This document shows positions 8,965-17,027 of a DNA stretch of 38,494 bases, in pieces (positions within the stretch are counted from its first letter, which is position 1; each line of letters begins with the position of its first letter). The notes beneath the pieces were generated by a model that saw nothing but the letters and a program-made list of their open reading frames with translations, was not told the DNA's origin and did not search any database. The stretch covers positions 1 to 38,494 of the forward strand of contig JBFESZ010000011.1 of NCBI GenBank assembly GCA_041548245.1, in the 5' to 3' direction. A program made the translations under genes and the position numbers. This stretch comes from Sulfurimonadaceae bacterium. Its GTDB lineage: Bacteria; Campylobacterota; Campylobacteria; Campylobacterales; Sulfurimonadaceae.

Positions 8965-11900
8965 ATGTTAAAGAAATTTATTGAGTTTGCCATTGATAAA
9001 CCATTGTTAAACCATATCTTTCTCGCCTTTATTATCATACTTTCTGTCTTTTCCTATTTGAATATTCCAAAGGAGATCTTTCCCGTCTTTCAAATGGACA
9101 AGATAGTGGTCTCAGGTGGTTACGCCGGTACAAGTGCCGACATAATGGACAAGATGGCGGTTAAAAACATCGAAGACGAATTGAAGAATATCAATGCTTT
9201 GGAAAAACTCGAAACACGGGTCAAGAACGGAAGTTTCTCTATTTTGGCAGAGATTAAGCCTGAATCAGACAATGTCTCTGCACTTAATGATGTCAAAGAT
9301 GCCATTGCCAAAATCAAACGTGATCTTCCTTCAGATATGGATGAACCCATTGCACGATTGTTTGAACATGCTATACCTCTGTGTCAGGTCTCTATCTCTT
9401 CAAGTAAACCCACCAAAGAGCTTTTGGAAATGGCAGAGGTCGTCAAGTCTGAAATCTCTCTGTTTAAAGATCTTAGTGAGGTGACGATTCGGGGGGATGC
9501 AGATGATGAACTCCTGGTCAAGATTAATCTTTCAAAAATCGAAGCATATGGGCTTAAAAGTGATGAGGTGACCCAAGCACTTCAGTCGATCAGTTCTATC
9601 TTTCCGATCGGGACGATCAAAGAGCGCGGTAAGCATCTCTATATCAGTACAAATAACGGCGAAAAAGATATTGCGAAGCTTAAAAACATGCTTCTTAATG
9701 TCGGTGGTAAGAGAGTTCGTCTGGGTGACGTCGCAGATATCGGCTTTACAATCTCGGAACAGAACGAATTGAGTCATTTTAACGGATTACCGACGATTTC
9801 TATCAATATTACTAAGGCCAAGTCGGGAAATGCTATCGCTCTGGTCAAAGAGATCAGAAGGGTGTTGAAGGATTCCGAAAAACGATATCCCGGATTCAAG
9901 TTTAGTGTCTATTCAGATACTTCGGTATGGATTAAAAACCGTTTGAATACTGTGTTCTCAAACATCCTTTTTGGTTTATTCCTCGTCTTCCTTGCAATGA
10001 TGCTGACAGTAAACCGGGGTATTGCTTTTGTTGTCGCCTTGGGTATTCCGCTCTCTTTTATGATCGGGCTAATCGTAACGGAAAAGATCGGTTACTCTTT
10101 GAACATGCTCTCTCTTCTGGGTGGTTTGATTGCATTGGGGATGCTCGTCGATGAGGCTATCGTCGTCGCAGAAAATATCTATAGGCATCTGGAGATGGGA
10201 CGTGATCGGCGCGAAGCTGTTGTCGAAGGAGCACGAGAGATGTTTCCTGCCGTCCTTGCAGCAACTTTGACGACTGTTTTCGCTTTTGTGCCTTTGTTGA
10301 TGATGACAGGAGAGATGGGTACCTTCATAAAGATTTTACCGATAATGATCTCTGTTCTTCTGCTCTCTTCACTCTTTGAAGCCTTCTATTTTCTCCCTTT
10401 GCATGCGAAAGACTTCTTGCGTGTACGAAGAGACGATCATGTCAGTCATGATCTGTGGAAAAAGCTCTACAACAGCTATGAGAAACTCCTTTACATGCTC
10501 GTTAAAAGAAAGAAACGCTCTTTAATTATTTTGGTCTCGTCTATTTTGGCAGGAACGGTTCTTTTAGGTAGTATGACTAAGTTTCAGCTCTTTCCTACCT
10601 TTGATGTTACGCAGGTGTTCGTTTCAGGAAAACTGGAGATCAATCATGATCTTGAAAACTCCGAGAAGGTCATCTCACAGATTGAAAAGGTGATCCTCGA
10701 TTACAAAAAAGAGGGCGAGATGATCTCAGTGACCTCTACAGTGGGAATACGTCTTGATGCAAAGAATCAGGCACAAAGGGGAGAGAACCTTTTTCATATC
10801 TTCATCGATCTTCATGAACGTGCACCGACAAACTTTTTTGAACGTTTTATCAACCCCTATATCTCTATAGAATACGATGCGAAACTGTTGACACGAAAGA
10901 GAAGTGCCATAGAGATAGCGGATGATATCAAGGAGTTGATGAAGCCTTTTGAACAAATGGAAGAGAATGGGGTGAAAGTTTTTGACGAACTTCGTGTGAC
11001 GACTCCAAGTACGGGTGTTGTAAAAAATGATATTGAAATTGCTCTCTCAGGAAAACCGGATGTGGAGCTGCTTTCAGGACTCAGACGTATTGAAGATGAG
11101 ATGCGAAAGTATGAGGGTATATACAACATCGCCAATGATGCGACGGAGGGGGAGAAGGAGCTTAAACTGCGTATTAACAGTTATGGTCAGAAGCTTGGCT
11201 TTACAGAGCAGATTCTGAACAGAGAGCTTCGTGCGTATTATCTGCAAGGGGAATATGGAAAGATGTTTAATGACGCCGGTCTTGTACGTATCCGTGTTGA
11301 GAGCAGACAAAAAGACAACTACGACAATCTCTACAGGCTTGAACTCAATATTCCGGGTACACAAAAACGCGTGCGTCTCAAAGAGATTGCAGACTTTATC
11401 ATACAAACGGCTTACGTAAGTATCGATAAAGAGGACGGCAAGCGTATTCGTACTGTCTTCGCTTCTTTGGATAAGACGAAGATGACTGCCGGCGAAGTGA
11501 CAACGGCATTGCAACCGCTTATGCAGACTTTGAAAGAAGAGGGTTATGGCGTAGATGTCAAGGGTGAGCAGAAGGAGAATGAAAAGACGATGCGTGAGCT
11601 CTCTCAGGCACTTATCGTGGCATTATTCTTAATCTTTATAACATTGATCTGGTTATTCGATTCTATGATCGATTCATTGGTGGTGATTTCAAATGTCATC
11701 TTTCTTGTCTGGTTTGGTGTATTGGCCGGGCACATGATAATGGGAATGAACCTGACGATGCCAAGTATGATCGGTGCAATCGGTTTGGCAGGCGTTGTCG
11801 TAAATGACGGACTGTTGATGGTACTTTTCATACGCAAAGCAAAAAATATGGATGAACTGATCAGGTTCGCAAGAACACGTTTCAGACCAATTGTACTGAC

Positions 11901-12090
11901 TTCTATAACCACTGTCTTGGGTCTGGCAACGCTAATGTTCTTTGCTTCAGGCCAGGCAATGATCCTTCAGCCAATGGCGATTTCTTTAGGGTTTGGTATT
12001 GCATGGGCGACTATTTTGAACCTTCTATACGTTCCGCTTCTTTACAGTGTCGTCAAAAAGATACCGCAAATTCAAGGGCATATGAAATGA
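8965..12090 (+). CDS. RND-family efflux transporter permease (AcrB/AcrD/AcrF family)
   Basis: 1041 aa with two large periplasmic loops; TM4 GMLVDEAIVVAENI, TM10 GVVVNDG, TM11 RFRPIVLTSITT. Confidence 0.93.
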   Translation: MLKKFIEFAIDKPLLNHIFLAFIIILSVFSYLNIPKEIFPVFQMDKIVVSGGYAGTSADIMDKMAVKNIEDELKNINALEKLETRVKNGSFSILAEIKPESDNVSALNDVKDAIAKIKRDLPSDMDEPIARLFEHAIPLCQVSISSSKPTKELLEMAEVVKSEISLFKDLSEVTIRGDADDELLVKINLSKIEAYGLKSDEVTQALQSISSIFPIGTIKERGKHLYISTNNGEKDIAKLKNMLLNVGGKRVRLGDVADIGFTISEQNELSHFNGLPTISINITKAKSGNAIALVKEIRRVLKDSEKRYPGFKFSVYSDTSVWIKNRLNTVFSNILFGLFLVFLAMMLTVNRGIAFVVALGIPLSFMIGLIVTEKIGYSLNMLSLLGGLIALGMLVDEAIVVAENIYRHLEMGRDRREAVVEGAREMFPAVLAATLTTVFAFVPLLMMTGEMGTFIKILPIMISVLLLSSLFEAFYFLPLHAKDFLRVRRDDHVSHDLWKKLYNSYEKLLYMLVKRKKRSLIILVSSILAGTVLLGSMTKFQLFPTFDVTQVFVSGKLEINHDLENSEKVISQIEKVILDYKKEGEMISVTSTVGIRLDAKNQAQRGENLFHIFIDLHERAPTNFFERFINPYISIEYDAKLLTRKRSAIEIADDIKELMKPFEQMEENGVKVFDELRVTTPSTGVVKNDIEIALSGKPDVELLSGLRRIEDEMRKYEGIYNIANDATEGEKELKLRINSYGQKLGFTEQILNRELRAYYLQGEYGKMFNDAGLVRIRVESRQKDNYDNLYRLELNIPGTQKRVRLKEIADFIIQTAYVSIDKEDGKRIRTVFASLDKTKMTAGEVTTALQPLMQTLKEEGYGVDVKGEQKENEKTMRELSQALIVALFLIFITLIWLFDSMIDSLVVISNVIFLVWFGVLAGHMIMGMNLTMPSMIGAIGLAGVVVNDGLLMVLFIRKAKNMDELIRFARTRFRPIVLTSITTVLGLATLMFFASGQAMILQPMAISLGFGIAWATILNLLYVPLLYSVVKKIPQIQGHMK

Positions 12091-12201
12091 AATAAAACGG
12101 ATCAAGAACTATTAAAACTAAGTTAAAAAATAAACGCGATTGAAACAATTCTGTTTAATACAAAATAGATTGGCTACAATGAAAAAAAATATTTTAAGGG
12201 T

Positions 12202-12576
12202 ATGATTATGTATCAAGCAATTAATGCACTAGGTGGACCTTTGGAACCCTGTAGCAGGGATCCGTTGACGGGCTTTTACAGAGACGGTTCTTGTCAGACT
12301 GGTGAAGACAACCCTGGCCTTCATGCCGTATGTATCTATGCGACACAGGAGTTCTTAGACTATTCAAAATCTGTGGGTAATGATCTCTCAACGCCGATTC
12401 CGAAATATAATTTTCCTGGTGTCAAAGCAGGGCAGAGTTGGTGTTTATCCGGTCCACGTTTTGTACAGGCGATCAAAGACGGTATGGCCCCACATATCTT
12501 CATCCATTCTACGCATATAGCAATCCTCCAGCTAGTGGACTTAGAAACTTTAAAAAAATATGCCCTCGACCTCTAA
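12202..12576 (+). CDS. DUF2237 family protein
   Basis: 'LEPCSRDPLTGFYRDG.C', 'GNDLSTP...FPG...G..WCL', 'STH' pattern; TACAAT -10 at 12175-12180. Confidence 0.88.
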   Translation: MIMYQAINALGGPLEPCSRDPLTGFYRDGSCQTGEDNPGLHAVCIYATQEFLDYSKSVGNDLSTPIPKYNFPGVKAGQSWCLSGPRFVQAIKDGMAPHIFIHSTHIAILQLVDLETLKKYALDL

Positions 12577-12647
12577 ATGATATTTTTCATTTTGCTATAA
12601 CTTCTTCTGTGAAATAATAGGCCATATTATCTTAACAGGAGTCGTAT

Positions 12648-13715
12648 ATGGACCTCTTCTCACCTATAAATATTGGAAATTGTACTTTAGATAACAGGAT
12701 CGTCATGGCACCTTTGACACGGTGTCGTAGTGTAGAGGATCATATTCCTAATGATCTAATGGCGACTTATTACGAACAGAGAACTTCAGCGGGACTCATC
12801 ATCTCAGAGGCGACGCAGATATCCCCGATGGGGATCGGTTATCCGTGTACACCGGGAATTTATACTCCTGAACAGATAGAAGGATGGAAAAAGGTCACGG
12901 AACGTGTTCACAAACACGGCGGCAAGATGTTCTTACAGTTATGGCATGTGGGAAGGATATCTCATTCCTCCTTTTTAGAAGGAAGGGTTCCTGTGTCGGC
13001 TTCTGCAATAAAAGCTTCCGGCCAGGTTTATACCTTTGAGGGGATGAAAGAGTATGAGACACCTCATGCGCTGGAGATTCCGGAGATACAAGCAATAGTC
13101 AAAGAGTATGCCCAAGCCGCAAAAAGTGCTATTGAGGCCGGTTTTGACGGTGTTGAGATTCATTCTGCCAACGGTTATCTCCTTGATCAGTTCTTACGTG
13201 ATGGGACGAATAGAAGAGAGGATGAATATGGCGGGAGCATTGAAAACAGAAGCCGTTTTCTTTTTGAGGTGATTAAAGCAGTGATCTCACAGGTCGGTGC
13301 TGATAAGACCGGTCTTCGACTCTCTCCAAGCGGCACCTTCAATGATATGAGTGATTCTGATCCGCAAGAACATTTCAGATATGTCTGTGAAAAATTGAAC
13401 GCCTTTGATTTGGCCTATTTACATATCGTCGATGCGCTTGAAGGTGACATCTCCCATGGTGCCAAGGTCGTTCCGCTTTCAGTCATTAGAGATGCTTATC
13501 AAGGTGTCCTCATAGTCTGTGGCGGATATGACAAAGAGAAAGGAAATCGGGTTATTCAAGAGAGGTTAGCCGATGCAGTCGCTTATGGAACACTTTATAT
13601 TGCAAACCCAGACTTGCCAGAACGTTTTAAGACATCTGCTTCCTTGAATGAAGCAGATGTCAATACATTTTATACCCAGGATGCAAAAGGGTATACAGAC
13701 TATCCCCGCTTGTAA
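12648..13715 (+). CDS. Old Yellow Enzyme alkene reductase (NemA/XenB-like)
   Basis: NRIVMAPLTR, QLWHVGRISH, GFDGVEIHSANGYLLDQF (His/Asn/Tyr catalytic), N.R.DEYGGSIENR, KGYTDYP; AGGAG SD. Confidence 0.94.
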   Translation: MDLFSPINIGNCTLDNRIVMAPLTRCRSVEDHIPNDLMATYYEQRTSAGLIISEATQISPMGIGYPCTPGIYTPEQIEGWKKVTERVHKHGGKMFLQLWHVGRISHSSFLEGRVPVSASAIKASGQVYTFEGMKEYETPHALEIPEIQAIVKEYAQAAKSAIEAGFDGVEIHSANGYLLDQFLRDGTNRREDEYGGSIENRSRFLFEVIKAVISQVGADKTGLRLSPSGTFNDMSDSDPQEHFRYVCEKLNAFDLAYLHIVDALEGDISHGAKVVPLSVIRDAYQGVLIVCGGYDKEKGNRVIQERLADAVAYGTLYIANPDLPERFKTSASLNEADVNTFYTQDAKGYTDYPRL

Positions 13716-13731
13716 ATAAGAGAAAGGCTCG

Positions 13732-14436
13732 CTAGAGATCTTTCTTGTTGACTTCGACCAAAAGAAGATGGGCATTTTCAATCGCTTTGATGTGCAAAAT
13801 CCCGTCTTGTATCTCGGCGGCATCTCCTGCATTGAAAGCAAGCGCGTTTATGTCTGCTTTTCCCTCCATTAGTTTGAGGTAGATGGCTCGGTCATCTTGA
13901 AGTTCAAAATCCAGTTGTTTTCCAGTCTCGAGCTCTGCAACGTACATCGAAGCATCTTGATAGATCTCTATTTCGGCATTGCTGTTTTTTGGACCGACCA
14001 GATGAAGCCATCGATTATGACGTTTTTCAGGCTTAAAGCATTTTGATCCGTAACGCGGGTCCAGACCCTTTTTCGAAGGGAGAATCCATGTTTGAATGAG
14101 GTGTATCTCGTTATCTCCTTCATTCATCTCAGAGTGGGTGATACCTGTACCGGCACTCATGTATTGAACAGCTCCTCTGCCCAGACTCTCTTTATGGCCC
14201 ATTGAGTCCTGATGTGTCAATTCACCTTTTAAAATGTAGGTGATGATCTCCATATCATGATGTGGATGTGTCTCAAACCCGCTCTTGGCTTGTATACGGT
14301 CATCATTCATAACACGCAGTGGTCCATAGCGGATATTGTCCGGGTTGTGATATTCAGCAAAAGAGAAATGGAAACAACTTGAGAGCCAACTATGCTCAGT
14401 CTTATAGAGTGAGTGAAAAGGAATTTTCTTGATCAT
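13732..14436 (-). CDS. Pirin family bicupin
   Basis: HFSFAEY, LRVMNDD, GFETHPHHDMEIITY, HQDSMG, MSAGTGITHSE metal-binding motifs. Confidence 0.93.
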   Translation of the reverse strand: MIKKIPFHSLYKTEHSWLSSCFHFSFAEYHNPDNIRYGPLRVMNDDRIQAKSGFETHPHHDMEIITYILKGELTHQDSMGHKESLGRGAVQYMSAGTGITHSEMNEGDNEIHLIQTWILPSKKGLDPRYGSKCFKPEKRHNRWLHLVGPKNSNAEIEIYQDASMYVAELETGKQLDFELQDDRAIYLKLMEGKADINALAFNAGDAAEIQDGILHIKAIENAHLLLVEVNKKDL

Positions 14437-14496
14437 CTTTTATCCTTCATTGCTTCTATTTTATAAGCTTGGCCGTTAAGGATGGCTGACATTATT

Positions 14497-14537
14497 ATTT
14501 TAGGGTTGAAAGATAAGTCGTACAGGAGTCGTACAGG
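14497..14537 (-). promoter_or_regulatory. Pirin promoter: -10 TAAAAT plus 11-bp tandem direct repeat
   Basis: Minus-strand TAAAAT at 14502-14497. AGTCGTACAGG is repeated exactly at 14516-14526 and 14527-14537. Confidence 0.55.
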
Positions 14538-14546
14538 TAAAGTGTG

Positions 14547-15902
14547 TCACTTTATTGTAAAGGTGTATAAAAACTGTAAAAAGATTTTTGAAGCATTGTT
14601 TTGGGCGATATCGTTTTGAGTGATAAAATTCCCCGCCTTAAGATAGCTTCCTATTGCCAGAAGTTCCAAGGAATAGTCTAGTTTATACTTAAGTGTCATG
14701 TCATATTCGTCTCCGACATGTGTGAAGGCATTACCCGGTTTGTTCTGATACCCAAAGAAGTACCATTTGTCATTTGCTTCGGCCAGTTTAAAGTGGTGAT
14801 AGGCTGCCTCGATAAAAAGCTTCTTTGTCGGCTTGAGTGAGAAACTTGCCTGATGATCTTGCATGTTTGCCCAGAACATAATGTCCATACGTCCGTAATG
14901 CAGGCCATCATTCGCTCCAAAAGGAGCTGAAAAGGTCTCTTTTTTGCTGTCATTGGGGTCTTTGTCCCCTGTGGCATAGACCAAACCAAGTGTGAACTTA
15001 GGCATAGCGTTGCCCTTGAACTGGTATCCGATCTTAGCAGCGTAGGCGTAGGTATCAATCTTTAAGTCTCCATAACGTCCAAATGCCTTAAGCGCCGTTG
15101 CATCATAGACCAGCCCTGGATTGTGGTCATAGAGACGAATGCCGTAATAATAGGCATGTTCGTTTGGTACTACATTATGGTAGAGAGTGTTTCTCCAAGC
15201 TAAAAAGGGCTCGATCTTTGTCTTTGATGTCTTATAATGGCCATAGCCTCCTATACCTTGGTATCGGTGTTTGTTGACGATGCTAAAGTCATTTGGTTCT
15301 TTGATCCTTGTCTGTCCATACCAGAGGTCAAAAAAGTTCTTCTCTTTTTTATAGGAGAGATGGGCCGCGTCCCAGAGCCAACCCATTGTATTTCCCCATT
15401 TACCAGGTCCAAATACACGTCTGTCCCCATATCCTAACTGTTGACGACCTAAGGTAAAGGTCAAATTTTTTGAAAAAAAGTTGTGTCGTTTTACATAGGT
15501 CTCAAAGAGCTCAAAATGATCATCATAATAACTCATTCCATAGGCATCGGGAGTCCCCGGATTCTTGATAAAATCATTAGCATCCAAAGAGGAGCCCCAG
15601 GATCGCGCATCGTACATATAAGCTTTGAACTGCCAGTCGATATTTGGGGTGTAGGTAAGACCGGCAATGATCTGCTGCAGGTAAACGGTATCGCTTGCGT
15701 TTCCTCTAGGATTTCCCTTAGCATCAATGGCAGCATCTCCGTAGGCAACCTTGTTAAGACCATCATACATATCAAAACGACCGCGATAATGTCCATTGAA
15801 AAGAAGCGTCTGCTTTACTTGGTCTTGAATATCAGGGACAGAGATTCTCTCTTCTGCACAAAGAAGTGCAGAGATGAGAATTAGAAAGACAAAACCTGGC
15901 AT
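14547..15902 (-). CDS. Alginate-export (AlgE-like) family outer-membrane beta-barrel
   Basis: N-terminal signal peptide; TLGRQQLGYGDRRVFG, YATGD.DP.D....TF, alternating aromatic strands, C-terminal FLQFLYTF. Start overlaps the upstream stop (TAATG). Confidence 0.8.
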   Translation of the reverse strand: MPGFVFLILISALLCAEERISVPDIQDQVKQTLLFNGHYRGRFDMYDGLNKVAYGDAAIDAKGNPRGNASDTVYLQQIIAGLTYTPNIDWQFKAYMYDARSWGSSLDANDFIKNPGTPDAYGMSYYDDHFELFETYVKRHNFFSKNLTFTLGRQQLGYGDRRVFGPGKWGNTMGWLWDAAHLSYKKEKNFFDLWYGQTRIKEPNDFSIVNKHRYQGIGGYGHYKTSKTKIEPFLAWRNTLYHNVVPNEHAYYYGIRLYDHNPGLVYDATALKAFGRYGDLKIDTYAYAAKIGYQFKGNAMPKFTLGLVYATGDKDPNDSKKETFSAPFGANDGLHYGRMDIMFWANMQDHQASFSLKPTKKLFIEAAYHHFKLAEANDKWYFFGYQNKPGNAFTHVGDEYDMTLKYKLDYSLELLAIGSYLKAGNFITQNDIAQNNASKIFLQFLYTFTIK

Positions 15903-16297
15903 TAGTTAGCTGAAGTCGTTACTTTTTTAAGAAGTTTAAGAAAGAATGGCGCGGTTTTACCACCTATAAGTGGTTCTTGTGACTTGCTTCCATCAGCATT
16001 TAAAAAATGAAAAACCGGAGTCACATTGACTTGAAGTGCATTCGGTGCATCATTTTCATGAATATCCAGCGAGACAGAGATAAAATTGTCGTTCAGATAT
16101 GCAATTACTGTAGCATCGGTAAAGACGTTTTCTTTCATGAAAGCACAGGAACCGCAACCGGGTTTGTTCATAAAAACGAGCATCGGTTTATTCTGAAGCT
16201 TGGCGGTTTGTGCAGCCGACTCATAGCTTGAAAACCATGCCACTTCAGAAGCATAAAGACCAAGCGTCATCAGAGTAAGAAGTAATAGTTTTTTCAA
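15902..16297 (-). CDS. Secreted thioredoxin-fold protein (SoxW/DUF255-like, CGSC)
   Basis: Signal peptide MKKLLLL...YA; W....E.A...AK.QNKPMLVF; CGSC; cis-Pro VTP; TTG start with AAGGA SD. Confidence 0.85.
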   Translation of the reverse strand: MKKLLLLTLMTLGLYASEVAWFSSYESAAQTAKLQNKPMLVFMNKPGCGSCAFMKENVFTDATVIAYLNDNFISVSLDIHENDAPNALQVNVTPVFHFLNADGSKSQEPLIGGKTAPFFLKLLKKVTTSAN

Positions 16298-16496
16298 GGG
16301 AGTATTCCTTAGTTGATTTGTATGGAATGATAGCTAAAGTTTTGTGAATTTCAGCTAACATGCACGTTTAGAGTTGAGCGTTTATTATTTAGGAATTATG
16401 CGCTGGGTTATTGAGGGAAGAAAAAGAATGACTGAAAAAGATATCTATAATCTTTATATGAATATAATAGCAATAAATTTTATAAGGAAGGCGATA

Positions 16497-16964
16497 ATGA
16501 GAATCAGTAGAATTATGCTCTCTGCATTGTTGGGAATCTCTTTGAGTGCACCGCTTATGGCAGGTGAGAAATTGGGTCAAGAACTTTTGGCTGCTGCGAA
16601 AAAATCAGCGAAAAAGATAACACCTCAAGAGCTTAAAAAGAAGATAGACAAAGAAGAAGATGTCTATATGCTCGATATCCGTGAGCCATATATGATCCCG
16701 GAAGGTTCGATTGAAGGTATGGAGAATGTTGCAATTCCACGCGGACTCTTGGAGTTTGAAGTAGAAGATAAAATAGAAAATAAGAATGCTTTCATCGTTG
16801 TTTATTGCCGTTCGGGAAAAGGTGCGGCTTTATCTGCACAGACAATGGCTGAAAAACTCAAATATACCAATACCTATTATCTCGTCGGCGGACTAGACGG
16901 TTGGTTAGAAGCTGGTTACAGTGTTTTTAGCCACTTGGGTGAACTAAAACTCGTAAAAGAGTAG
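16497..16964 (+). CDS. Secreted single-domain rhodanese (sulfurtransferase), 155 aa
   Basis: Start moved to ATG 16497 (AAGGAAGG SD, signal peptide MRISRIMLSALLGISLSAPLMA). LDIREP, IPRGLLEF, active loop VVYCRSGKG, LVGGLDGW. Confidence 0.9.
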   Translation: MRISRIMLSALLGISLSAPLMAGEKLGQELLAAAKKSAKKITPQELKKKIDKEEDVYMLDIREPYMIPEGSIEGMENVAIPRGLLEFEVEDKIENKNAFIVVYCRSGKGAALSAQTMAEKLKYTNTYYLVGGLDGWLEAGYSVFSHLGELKLVKE

Positions 16965-16981
16965 GTTTTATAACTACTTTG

Positions 16982-17014
16982 ATTCTATGAGCATTTTTAA
17001 AGTGCTCATTGGAT
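16982..17014 (+). terminator. Hairpin downstream of the rhodanese gene
   Basis: ATGAGCA (16987-16993) / TGCTCAT (17003-17009) core, extendable with G-U and A-U pairs; no strong U-tail. Confidence 0.4.
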
Positions 17015-17027
17015 AGACTTCCGCATT

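Noticed and set aside
16374..16496. N-terminal extensions in the ORF track for rhodanese (also ftsZ, gatB and the Dsb protein)
   Set aside because: Downstream ATGs have clear SDs and give proper N-termini; the extensions cover promoter DNA or neighbouring genes.
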